From an uncultured Clostridia bacterium (GTDB lineage: Bacteria; Bacillota; Clostridia; TANB77; CAG-508): a stretch of DNA of 45,735 nt. Shown here in pieces: positions 1-9,069 of the stretch; position 1 is the first letter of the stretch; each line of letters starts with the position of its first letter. The DNA lies in assembly GCA_947627755.1 (NCBI GenBank), contig CANQXD010000006.1, positions 1 through 45,735 of the forward strand, written 5' to 3'. A model generated the notes under the pieces. The model did not search any database. It had not been told where the DNA came from and saw nothing but the letters and a program-made list of their open reading frames with translations. Position numbers and translations under genes: made by a program.

Positions 1-32
1 TTTTTGGTAAAATTCAAAATAAAAAAAGAAAA

Positions 33-77
33 AGACTGTTGAGCAAAATATTTTTATATACTTTGTCAACAGTCTGA
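33..77. repeat. Inverted repeat AGACTGTTGA...TCAACAGTCT(GA), possibly an IS1182-like end or MITE remnant
   Basis: 10-bp perfect arms at 33-42 and 66-75; the resemblance to IS1182 ends is from memory only. Confidence 0.4.
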
Positions 78-78
78 G

Positions 79-107
79 AAAACAAGATATTGATATCTTG
101 TTTTTTT
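79..107. terminator. Intrinsic terminator downstream of the histidine kinase
   Basis: AAAACAAGATA-TTGA-TATCTTGTTTT hairpin with A/T tails. Confidence 0.6.
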
Positions 108-114
108 GTTATAA

Positions 115-1464
115 TTAATAAAAAATTTCAAATTGTTGTGAAAAGAATTTGTCATTCTTCGTTGTAAATAAATTCAAATTATTATTTTTCTTCAATATTT
201 GCCTTATTTCCCATAAGCCAAGTCCAGTATTTCCTTCTTTAGTAGAGTAACCTTTTTCATATATTTTTTCTGTATTAATATCTTTGTTTTTATAAGTATT
301 TTCAATAATTAATAATTGCATGTGCTTTCTTGTATCTTTACGAAAAGTTACATTAATTATTTTTTCTTCACATTCAGAAGCAGCTTCAATAGCATTATCC
401 ATTAAAATACCAAGAACTCTAGTAAATTCATAAATTTTCATCTGTAGTTCATTCATATCTAAAAAAGCTTCTAAGTGAATTTTAATACCTAAACTATCTG
501 CTTTATGATATTTTGTAGCTAGTACATTATATATTGCAGGGTTGTTTACAACTTTTGGACTTAATGTAGTTAAGTTATTTGAATGTTGAATATCTTCTAC
601 TAATTGAGAATAATATTTTTTCAAACCTTCCATATCATTATTATCCATATAACCTACCATACCTTGTAAAATGTTTGCAAAGTCATGACGAAAAGCTCTA
701 GTATTATCTTGCAAAATTTCCAATGTTTTATTATATAATTGTGCTTCTTCTAAATTTGTAGATGTAGTTTCTAATTTAGATACAGTTATTAATGTGTATA
801 AGTTAAAAGAAATATAAGCTATTAAACCTATAAGATTTAAGAAAACTATATAAAAAGGTAAAACTGAAGCATAAAAATAAATAATGTAAATTTGAGTAGC
901 AATTAGGATTATGCCTAGGATTGTATTGATTATCAATAAATATTTATTTTTTGTATTAAAGATATCAAATTTCACAAAATTCAGTTTACAATATTTTAAT
1001 AGTAGATATATTAGAAATTCCATCGAATATATAATAAATGAAATTGCTAATCTATGAAGAGGAATATTAGTTGCTATAACATAATCAATATGAAAAATTG
1101 AATAGTAAATTTTAGCAAAAATTGATTCAAGAATAGCTATAATTATAAAAGGAAGAATTAAACATAAAATTGCTTTAAAGAAATTAGTTCTTAAAATAAA
1201 CATAATTCCTAAAAACATAACTAAAAAATTAATAAATGCATTATAAGGAGTTGGTATAATAAGTCGACTGATAGTACCAAATATAGATATAAAAATAACA
1301 TATAAAGCTTTAGATTTATTTGTAGCTTTTATATTTAAAAGTGTGGTAAAAATAAGCATTGTAAAAAATCCTTCTACAAAAGCTAAAGGTATACAGATAA
1401 TATTAGTAAGCTCCACATTCTCCGTCGTCAAACTACTCCAAATTGTTTGTAAAATTTCCATCAT
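115..1464 (-). CDS. AgrC-like membrane sensor histidine kinase (GHKL, HATPase_c_5)
   Basis: Multi-TM N-terminus, FRHDFANIL H-box, ILMDNAIEA N-box, GYSTKEGNTGLGL G-box. Confidence 0.92.
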   Translation of the reverse strand: MMEILQTIWSSLTTENVELTNIICIPLAFVEGFFTMLIFTTLLNIKATNKSKALYVIFISIFGTISRLIIPTPYNAFINFLVMFLGIMFILRTNFFKAILCLILPFIIIAILESIFAKIYYSIFHIDYVIATNIPLHRLAISFIIYSMEFLIYLLLKYCKLNFVKFDIFNTKNKYLLIINTILGIILIATQIYIIYFYASVLPFYIVFLNLIGLIAYISFNLYTLITVSKLETTSTNLEEAQLYNKTLEILQDNTRAFRHDFANILQGMVGYMDNNDMEGLKKYYSQLVEDIQHSNNLTTLSPKVVNNPAIYNVLATKYHKADSLGIKIHLEAFLDMNELQMKIYEFTRVLGILMDNAIEAASECEEKIINVTFRKDTRKHMQLLIIENTYKNKDINTEKIYEKGYSTKEGNTGLGLWEIRQILKKNNNLNLFTTKNDKFFSQQFEIFY

Positions 1465-2170
1465 TTTTTAAAACCTCCATTACTTTATTTTTATATTTAG
1501 GTCCAATGTAGCATTTCACCTCATTATTTGCATCAAATGCAATAGTATTATCAACTGAACTTACATTTGTAATTTTATTAATATTTGCAATATATGATTT
1601 ATGGCATCTCACAAAATTATTTGGTAATTCTTCTGAAATCTTAGCAAAAGAGCTATATGTTTCATAAGTTCTATTATCAGTAAAAAAAACTAACTTCATG
1701 CCATCCTTTTTTATAAATCTAATACTATCTTCATCAATAATAGTATTTCGATTACTTAAACGAATAAATTTACTCTTCTTTTGCACACCACTAATATCTT
1801 CCATAATACGCATAATTGTTTCTTCCAATCTTTCGATTGTAATAGGCTTAGGTATAAAATCAAATGTTTTATATTGATAAGCAATTAGAACGTACTCTAA
1901 ATGAGCACTGGTAAATATGATATAAACTTGTTTATTTTGTTTACGAATTTCTTTGGCTAAGTCTAAGCCAGATATTTTAGACTTTAAATCAATATCTAAA
2001 AAAATAACGTTTACAATGTTGGATCTTATGTATTTCAAAGTGTTTTCAGGTTTTGTAGAAGTAAAAGTAACTTGTGCGTCAAAATGATGCTTAATGAATA
2101 GTGATTCTAACATATTGTTAAGTCTATCAAGAATAGCCTTATTATCATCACACAAAACAAAATTTAACAT
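1433..2170 (-). CDS. AgrA-like LytTR response regulator
   Basis: LCDD, FLDIDL, FIPKP receiver motifs and FVRCHKSYIANI LytTR motif; overlaps the kinase start. Confidence 0.93.
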   Translation of the reverse strand: MLNFVLCDDNKAILDRLNNMLESLFIKHHFDAQVTFTSTKPENTLKYIRSNIVNVIFLDIDLKSKISGLDLAKEIRKQNKQVYIIFTSAHLEYVLIAYQYKTFDFIPKPITIERLEETIMRIMEDISGVQKKSKFIRLSNRNTIIDEDSIRFIKKDGMKLVFFTDNRTYETYSSFAKISEELPNNFVRCHKSYIANINKITNVSSVDNTIAFDANNEVKCYIGPKYKNKVMEVLKNDGNFTNNLE

Positions 2171-2319
2171 TTTTTATCCTCCGTACAAATATATAATTAT
2201 ATATTTAAATAATAATTCAAAAAACAAATTGGAAAAAATTACCTATTTCTTCGCTAGTTAAATAATAATGCAAAAATTTTGACTTGTCAATAGGAATAAG
2301 GAGATAAAAAGCGAAAAAA

Positions 2320-2326
2320 TGTCGAA
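2320..2326 (+). promoter_or_regulatory. Spo0A box (TGTCGAA) in the divergent agrA/pdaA intergenic region
   Basis: Exact match to TGNCGAA; spo0A is present in the window. Confidence 0.4.
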
Positions 2327-2583
2327 ATATGCAAAAGCTAGTAAAATAAAGAGATATAGAATAAATACAAGAAAAAAATTTAACTAATAAATTTAAAAAT
2401 AAAACAATAAATTAAAGAAATGTGTAGTAGCTTATAAACATAATATTTGTAAAAATAAATAATTGAAATGCAATTTTAGTTATATATAAATTTTTCTATT
2501 CATAAGATAAATAAAGAACATTAAAAAGAAGATTGCGAATAACTTAAAACAAGTAACTACATTTATACTTTAGGAGGATAGAT

Positions 2584-3384
2584 ATGAAAAATAAAATAAA
2601 ATATTTTTTAGGAATTGCTATTATATTGGTATTTACTTACAGCTTAATACTAATAGATAAAGATACTACAATACAGACAAGTTCACAAGAATTAAGCAAT
2701 AAAAAAATAGAATGGGGAATAAAAAGAAATGATAATCATGAACAACCAGACTTAGGGAGCCTAAATAAAAAAATATTAGACGAATATAAAGGAATTGCAA
2801 TGGGCAATAAAGACTCAAAAAAAGTATATCTTACCTTTGATGAAGGCTATGAAGCAGGATATACTCCAAAAATATTAGAAGTCTTAAAGCAAAACAACGT
2901 AAAAGCTACTTTTTTCATTACTGCACACTATGTAAATACACAGCCAGAGCTAGTAGAAAAAATGTTACAGGAAGGTCATACAGTAGGAAATCATACAGTA
3001 AACCATAAAAGTATGCCATCTTTAAGTTTAGAGCAAATAAAAAAAGAAGTAATGGACTTACACACAGCTATTTATGAAAAATTTCAATATGAAATGAAAT
3101 ATATAAGACCTCCAAAAGGTGAATATAGTGAGCAAACAGTAGATTATTGTAATTCTTTAGGTTACACAACTGTTATGTGGTCTTTTGCTTATGATGACTG
3201 GGACGAAAACAAACAAGGTAGAGAAGAGTATGCAAAAAAGAAAATATTAGATAATATCCACAATGGGGCAGTTATTCTTTTACACGGAAACTCAAAGGAC
3301 AATACCAATGTATTAGATAGTTGTATAAAAGAAATAAAAGCAATGGGATATGAGTTTGCAAGTTTAGATGAATTTGAAAGATAA
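2584..3384 (+). CDS. pdaA: Delta-lactam-biosynthetic de-N-acetylase (spore cortex polysaccharide deacetylase)
   Basis: YLTFDEGYEAGYT, GNHTVNH, RPPKGEYS, WSFAYDDW, ILLH; GGAGG RBS. Confidence 0.9.
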   Translation: MKNKIKYFLGIAIILVFTYSLILIDKDTTIQTSSQELSNKKIEWGIKRNDNHEQPDLGSLNKKILDEYKGIAMGNKDSKKVYLTFDEGYEAGYTPKILEVLKQNNVKATFFITAHYVNTQPELVEKMLQEGHTVGNHTVNHKSMPSLSLEQIKKEVMDLHTAIYEKFQYEMKYIRPPKGEYSEQTVDYCNSLGYTTVMWSFAYDDWDENKQGREEYAKKKILDNIHNGAVILLHGNSKDNTNVLDSCIKEIKAMGYEFASLDEFER

Positions 3385-3463
3385 AAATACAAAAGAAAAA
3401 ACTAAGTTAGACTAAAAATGTAACTAAAGAATAAGAAATTCAAAAAGAAAGGTAGCAATAACA

Positions 3464-3751
3464 ATGAGAAAGTCAAAAAAGAAACAAAACCGTTTTGAAG
3501 AATTATTAGAAATTCCAAAAGAAATATCGTCTCAAAATCCCAAAATAACAATAATGGGTTTTGAAGAATTATTTGTAGAAAACTATAAATCCATTTTAGA
3601 GTATCAAGACTTTTACGTACGTTTAAGCACACACATTGGTATTATAAATGTAAATGGATTTGAGCTAAAATTAAATGAAATGACGAATGATGACATTCTG
3701 ATTACTGGAAAAATAGAAGGAATTGATTTTGAAAAAATAGTGGACGAATAA
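3464..3751 (+). CDS. yqfC: YabP/YqfC family sporulation protein
   Basis: LLEIPKEI...PKITIMG...VENYKSILEY pattern; directly upstream of yqfD. Confidence 0.88.
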   Translation: MRKSKKKQNRFEELLEIPKEISSQNPKITIMGFEELFVENYKSILEYQDFYVRLSTHIGIINVNGFELKLNEMTNDDILITGKIEGIDFEKIVDE

Positions 3752-3790
3752 AAAAAGTAAAAAACAATCGACAAATAAGGAGGATTTACT

Positions 3791-4975
3791 TTGTACATAC
3801 AAATACTTAAAAATTACATATCAGGCTATGTAAGAATAACAGTAGAAGGATTTTTTATTGAAAGATTCATCAACTTATGTTTAAAAAAAGGAATTCTATT
3901 GTGGAATAGTAAGCGAAAAAAAGCAACGTTATTAGAAGTAAACATTCCAGTAAAAGACTTTAGAGAAGTAGCAAATCTTGCTAAACAAACCCAAAATAAA
4001 ATAAAAATAAAAAGTAAAAAGGGAGTTCCATTTGTTGCTCACCGATATAAAAAAAGAAAAATCTTTTTCCTATTTTTATGTTTCATTATAATAGGAATTC
4101 TATTTTTATCAAACTTTGTATGGAATATTGAAATAGTAGGAAATCAAAATATTTCAAAAGAAGAACTAACACAAAGCTTAAAAGAACAGGGGTTAAATAT
4201 AGGCAGCTTTAAAAATAAAATAGACACAAAACAAATTATTAGCAATATGAGATTAAATCGTAATGACTTAGCATGGATTGGCATTGAATTAAAAGGTACA
4301 AATGCTATCATAAAAGTAGTAGAAGCAGATAAAAAACCAGACATTGTAGCAGAAGATGAATATTGTAACATAGTTGCAACAAAAGACGGAATGATTGCCA
4401 AAGTAAATGCTCTAAATGGTACACCCCTAGTAAAAGAAGGAGATATAATAAAAAAAGGAACTATTCTCGTAGGAGGATGGTTAGAAGGAAAATATACAGG
4501 CACGCGATATGTCCATGCAAATGGGGAAGTACAGGCAAAAGTTTGGTATGAAGAAAAAGAAAAAATAGAGCTAAACCAAACAATAACAAGAAAAACAGAA
4601 AATGTAGAAACAAAATATTCCGTAAGAATAAATAATTTTACAATAAATTTTTATAAAACTCTTTCCAAATTTCAAAAATATGATACAATAGAAGAAAATA
4701 AAAAATTAAAACTGTTTTCAAATTTTTATTTGCCAATAGAAACAATTAAAAAGACTAATTATGAACTAATAGAAGAAACAGTCTCTTACACCAAAGAGCA
4801 AGCAAAAGAGCAAGCAGTAAATAGAGCAAAGCAAAAATTAGAAGCACAAATAGGTCAAAAAGAAAACATAGTAAATGTTTATATTAACTATCAAGAAACA
4901 GAAGAATTTATTGAGGCACAAGTCATATATGAAGTGCTAGAAGAAATTGGGACAAAAGAAAAAATCGTATTTTGA
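3791..4975 (+). CDS. yqfD: Sporulation protein YqfD
   Basis: GYVRITVEGFFIERFIN, KKGVPF, WNIEIVGN, NIVATKDG, VHANGEVQAKVWY; TTG start with AGGAGG RBS. Confidence 0.92.
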   Translation: MYIQILKNYISGYVRITVEGFFIERFINLCLKKGILLWNSKRKKATLLEVNIPVKDFREVANLAKQTQNKIKIKSKKGVPFVAHRYKKRKIFFLFLCFIIIGILFLSNFVWNIEIVGNQNISKEELTQSLKEQGLNIGSFKNKIDTKQIISNMRLNRNDLAWIGIELKGTNAIIKVVEADKKPDIVAEDEYCNIVATKDGMIAKVNALNGTPLVKEGDIIKKGTILVGGWLEGKYTGTRYVHANGEVQAKVWYEEKEKIELNQTITRKTENVETKYSVRINNFTINFYKTLSKFQKYDTIEENKKLKLFSNFYLPIETIKKTNYELIEETVSYTKEQAKEQAVNRAKQKLEAQIGQKENIVNVYINYQETEEFIEAQVIYEVLEEIGTKEKIVF

Positions 4976-4989
4976 AAGGAAGAAAAAGA

Positions 4990-6195
4990 ATGGAAGAAAG
5001 AAGTTTAAGAGTATATGCAGATAAAACATTTTTCACAAGAATAACAAACACCATCACCAAATTACTAATTCCTACAAAAATAGGAATTAATGGAATGCTT
5101 ATTTCTGTTAAAAGAAATGCATTATTAAAAGCTTATGAAACGACCATAGAAAAACAAGATGATGCAGTTAAAAAAGATAATATTCAAAAAAAATACGAAG
5201 ATGCTTTTAGTTTATATTTAGAAGCAATAGATAAATATGTTATGGATTCAATTTATAAAAAAGTAAAAGCAGGTTCAGCAACAGAATTTGAAAAAGAAGC
5301 ATTATCAAACTATTATGAGGTAATTCATATTAAAGAAACAGAATATTTGGAATATAAATACCGTAAACAAATATATTTACTTGAACTAGATTATGCAGAC
5401 ATTACAGAATCAAATAAACCAAAATTAATGGAAAAATATCAACCATTCTATATTACAAAAATGGATAGCTTATATAAAGGGCTATTAAAACATTTCTCTA
5501 TAAAACTAGCAGATAACTTAACATACCAAAATAAAGACGAAATTTATGAGAAAATATTTAAAACATTAGAAGAATATATTACAAATGTCCTTCCTTTAAA
5601 AATGGAAAATGATAAATCAGATACTTACAAGCAAATTATAGAAGAATACGAAAAATTTGAAAATTATACAATTGGAAAATTAGATCAAAACGAAGGCATT
5701 GAAAAAAGAATGGTATTACTTGCTATAAGTAGAAAACTATTTACACATAGCCTTCCTCTTATTGTAGCAGAACAATGCTATATTAAACTATTAAAAGATG
5801 TAAGAAGCTTAATTGTAGATACAAGAGTTATAAAAAAACAAGAAAAAGCATATAGCTTACTAATTCGCTTAATAGAAGATTATAATATTAAATTATTAGC
5901 AACAAAAATCTATTGGGACAAGCCAGCAAAACGTGATGAATATAAGGCTTTTTGGAAAGAATATCAAAATTTAGAAGCATTAAAAGAAAAAAATAAAGAA
6001 GAATACCAAAAACAAAAAGAAATTCTATTTGTTCGAGCAGACTTAAAAGAAGTATATCAAAACGAAAATAGATATTGTAAAATTATCGAATTTTATAAAA
6101 ATAAATTAGTATCTTTAGGTGCTATGAAAGAGCTAAAAAATACATATCAATCACAAGGACATTATATAGGAAGGAAAGCATTATGCAGGAAATAG
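4990..6195 (+). CDS. Hypothetical alpha-helical, Lys/Glu/Tyr-rich protein (about 400 aa)
   Basis: Long ORF translationally coupled between yqfD and ybeY; ATG 4990 preferred over TTG 4972. Confidence 0.75.
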   Translation: MEERSLRVYADKTFFTRITNTITKLLIPTKIGINGMLISVKRNALLKAYETTIEKQDDAVKKDNIQKKYEDAFSLYLEAIDKYVMDSIYKKVKAGSATEFEKEALSNYYEVIHIKETEYLEYKYRKQIYLLELDYADITESNKPKLMEKYQPFYITKMDSLYKGLLKHFSIKLADNLTYQNKDEIYEKIFKTLEEYITNVLPLKMENDKSDTYKQIIEEYEKFENYTIGKLDQNEGIEKRMVLLAISRKLFTHSLPLIVAEQCYIKLLKDVRSLIVDTRVIKKQEKAYSLLIRLIEDYNIKLLATKIYWDKPAKRDEYKAFWKEYQNLEALKEKNKEEYQKQKEILFVRADLKEVYQNENRYCKIIEFYKNKLVSLGAMKELKNTYQSQGHYIGRKALCRK

Positions 6196-6665
6196 CAGAA
6201 ACCAAGTTTCTTCATATTGAAGAAAAAAAAGAATTAAAAAGTTTTGTAGAGCAGGTAGTAACTACCTGCTTTCAAGTAGAAAAAATTGAAAACTTAAACT
6301 TTTATTTAAGCATTACACTTACTTCACCAGAAGAAATACACAAGCTAAATAAAAAATTTCGAAATGTAGATAAAGAAACTGACGTACTTTCTTTTCCAAT
6401 GTTTGAAAAGGAAGAAATAGATAAAATAAAAGAACAAAACAAAGGAAATGTATTACCTGAAGCTTTAGGAGACATAGTAATTTCTGTTTCTAAAGTAGAA
6501 GAACAAGCAAAAGAATATGGACATAGCTTTGAAAGAGAATTAGCATATATGGTGGTACATGGTTTTTACCATATTATGGGGTATGATCATATAAACGAAG
6601 ATGAAAAGGCCATAATGAGAGAAAAAGAAGAATATGTATTAACACTGTTAAAGCAAACAAGGTAA
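6183..6665 (+). CDS. ybeY: rRNA maturation endoribonuclease YbeY
   Basis: LNKKFRNVDKETDVLSFP, LGDIVIS, HGFYHIMGYDH. Confidence 0.95.
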   Translation: MQEIAETKFLHIEEKKELKSFVEQVVTTCFQVEKIENLNFYLSITLTSPEEIHKLNKKFRNVDKETDVLSFPMFEKEEIDKIKEQNKGNVLPEALGDIVISVSKVEEQAKEYGHSFERELAYMVVHGFYHIMGYDHINEDEKAIMREKEEYVLTLLKQTR

Positions 6666-6709
6666 AATTAACACAAATGGCAGAAACGGACTAAAGGAGG
6701 AAGCAAAAA

Positions 6710-7078
6710 TTGGAAGATGAAAGGTTAAAAAATAAACATTATATTGATTCATGGATAAATGGATTTAAAGGTATTTGGTATGTTATTCGTACCCAAAAAA
6801 ATGCCAAAATACAATTAGTTATTGCTGCTATTGTTATATTTTGTTGTATTTATTTTAAACTAAATATAACAGAATGTATGTTTTTAAGTTTTGCTACTTT
6901 TCTCATTATTATTACAGAAATAATGAATACAGCAGTAGAAGAAACGGTTAACTTGTGTACCGATAAATTTCATCCACTTGCTAAAATTGCTAAAGACGTA
7001 GCAGCAGGAGCGGTTGTTTTATCTGCTATTAATGCTGTAGTTATTGCTATTTTTATTATAGTAGGTAGAGTTTTTTAA
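6710..7078 (+). CDS. dgkA: Diacylglycerol/undecaprenol kinase (DgkA family)
   Basis: EIMNTAVEETVN, AKIAKDVAAGAV; follows ybeY. Confidence 0.92.
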   Translation: MEDERLKNKHYIDSWINGFKGIWYVIRTQKNAKIQLVIAAIVIFCCIYFKLNITECMFLSFATFLIIITEIMNTAVEETVNLCTDKFHPLAKIAKDVAAGAVVLSAINAVVIAIFIIVGRVF

Positions 7079-7162
7079 TATTTTTAAGAATTTAATACAA
7101 GTAAAATTTGGAAAAAGCAAAAAAATAGCGAACAGTAAGAAAATGAAAGGATAAAGTTAAGA

Positions 7163-8278
7163 ATGAAGGGATCTATAGGAATCAAAATATTAATAGCTAT
7201 ATTAGTTGTATTAGTTATTATAACAGGGGCATTGCTTGCAATAAAAATTTTAGAGGATGGAGGCTTTCAAGGTCAAATTCAAACGGGGCAACAAAATGTA
7301 GAAAATAACGGACCAGAAGTAGTAGAAATAAAAGAGCCAAAAACTTTTCAAGGAACAGATAGACCAATTGCAGTAATGATAGACAATCACAAGGACGCTA
7401 TGCCACAAGTAGGTCTAAATGATGCATATATGGTTTATGAAATAATTGTAGAGGGTGGAGAAACCAGATTAATGGCTTTATTCAAAGGAGTAGATTTAGA
7501 CCAAATTGGACCAGTAAGAAGTTCAAGACATTATTTCTTAGACTATGCTTTAGAAAATGATGCAATTTATGTGCATTTTGGCTGGAGTCCACAAGCAGAA
7601 TCTGATATAAAAAAATTAGGAGTAAATAATATTAATGGTATTTATTATGATACCATGAAAGAAAGAACTGAAACATCTCTATTTTGGAGAAGCAAGGAAA
7701 AATATGCGCCACATAATGCAATGACTAATACACAACAAATATTACAAATTGCAAACAAATTAAACTATAGAACAACATCAGAACAAAAAAGTGTATTAAA
7801 CTATGTAGCAGAAGATGTAGAATTAGAAAGTAATATAGAGGCAACTACAGTAACAATTCCATATTCAACAAGTAATGTTGTAAAATATGAATATGACAGT
7901 GAAAACAAAAGATATATTCGTTATTCAAAGGGAATTGCGCATACAGATTGGGTAACGGAAGAAGCGATTACTACAAAAAATATCATTATTGTAAAATGCA
8001 AAAATTGGACTTTAAGTGATGGAAGCGATAAAGGAAGACAAACCTTAGATAATGTAAAAACATTAGAGGGATATTACATTACAAATGGAAAAGCAATTGA
8101 AATTACAGCCGAAAAAACGACAAGAGCAGGTCAAACTGTATATAAAGATTTACAAGGAAATGAAATTGATGTAAGCGACGGAAATACTTTTGTTCAAATT
8201 TGTCCAATAAATAGTAAAGTTACAATAGAACCGGGAGAGCCAGCACCAGTAGAAGAAGCAAATACAATAAATGAATAG
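7163..8278 (+). CDS. DUF3048 (YerB-like) membrane-anchored protein
   Basis: RPIAVMIDN, PQVGL, YEIIVEGGETRLMA, IGPVRSSRHY, YAPHN. Confidence 0.88.
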   Translation: MKGSIGIKILIAILVVLVIITGALLAIKILEDGGFQGQIQTGQQNVENNGPEVVEIKEPKTFQGTDRPIAVMIDNHKDAMPQVGLNDAYMVYEIIVEGGETRLMALFKGVDLDQIGPVRSSRHYFLDYALENDAIYVHFGWSPQAESDIKKLGVNNINGIYYDTMKERTETSLFWRSKEKYAPHNAMTNTQQILQIANKLNYRTTSEQKSVLNYVAEDVELESNIEATTVTIPYSTSNVVKYEYDSENKRYIRYSKGIAHTDWVTEEAITTKNIIIVKCKNWTLSDGSDKGRQTLDNVKTLEGYYITNGKAIEITAEKTTRAGQTVYKDLQGNEIDVSDGNTFVQICPINSKVTIEPGEPAPVEEANTINE

Positions 8279-8291
8279 AAAATGATAAAAA

Positions 8292-8360
8292 AGGGACGGA
8301 GTAAATTCTATAAAAATCTGTGAGGTATTCACAAAGTTTGATAGAATTTACCCCGTCCCT
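8292..8360. repeat. GGGACG-bounded long palindrome (REP-like element or terminator)
   Basis: AGGGACGGAGTAAATTCTAT / ATAGAATTTACCCCGTCCCT arms (19/20 complementary) with an internal TGTGA/TCACA hairpin. Confidence 0.6.
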
Positions 8361-8367
8361 AAAATAT

Positions 8368-8439
8368 GTTACATATATATTACAATATTATTACAATTCA
8401 TATAATAATATTGACTAATAAGTTATAGGAATATATAAT
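8368..8439 (+). promoter_or_regulatory. Sigma-A promoter (TTGACT 8411-8416, 17 bp, TATAAT 8434-8439) preceded by three 11-bp-periodic TTACA repeats
   Basis: Consensus hexamers and spacing; repeats at 8369, 8380, 8391. Confidence 0.65.
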
Positions 8440-8551
8440 GAAAGTAATAACAACTTATCAACATAATATATGCATTTATAAATAAAACGAAAATGGAAAA
8501 TAAGAAGTTACAATTTAAATCTTTATATGTAATAAAAAAGGTGGAAAACAA

Positions 8552-9025
8552 ATGAAAAGTACAGAAAAAAGAAATATTCTAATTTTAATAGGAGTAGGAA
8601 TAATTATTATAGCTACTATTTGGTTATGCACAAAATTAGGAAACAAAGAGGAAAAAGAAACCCCTAATTTACCAGAAGTAAGTAGTGCAAGTCAAGGAGA
8701 ATACACAAAAGTAGAACAAGATGGAAGTATTGTAAATACAAGTGAAAAATTACACCAAGATAGAGAAGAATCGGGGTTTACAGTAAGTAATATTAGTTTT
8801 GCAGAAATCAACGGAAAAACTGTATTAAAAGCACGAATTACAAACAAAACAGGTATAAATCAAGATTCTTTCTTTGGAAGTATTGTATTGTTAGATAAAG
8901 CAGGAAAAGAAATAGGAAGAATACCAGTAACTGTAGCTAAAACACAAAAAGGAGAGACAGTAGAAATAGAAGCATATATTACAGAAAGTTATGCAAATGC
9001 ATACGATTTTAGATTAGAAAAGTAA
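8552..9025 (+). CDS. Hypothetical membrane-anchored protein with a beta-sandwich-like C-terminal domain
   Basis: N-terminal TM helix, AAGGTGG RBS; upstream of the pilin-like gene. Confidence 0.7.
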   Translation: MKSTEKRNILILIGVGIIIIATIWLCTKLGNKEEKETPNLPEVSSASQGEYTKVEQDGSIVNTSEKLHQDREESGFTVSNISFAEINGKTVLKARITNKTGINQDSFFGSIVLLDKAGKEIGRIPVTVAKTQKGETVEIEAYITESYANAYDFRLEK

Positions 9026-9069
9026 AAACAGAAAAAGCACATATTAAAAATAAAGGGAGAAAATGTAAT

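Noticed and set aside
33-77. Intact insertion sequence at the window start
   Set aside because: Only a short inverted repeat is present, with no transposase.
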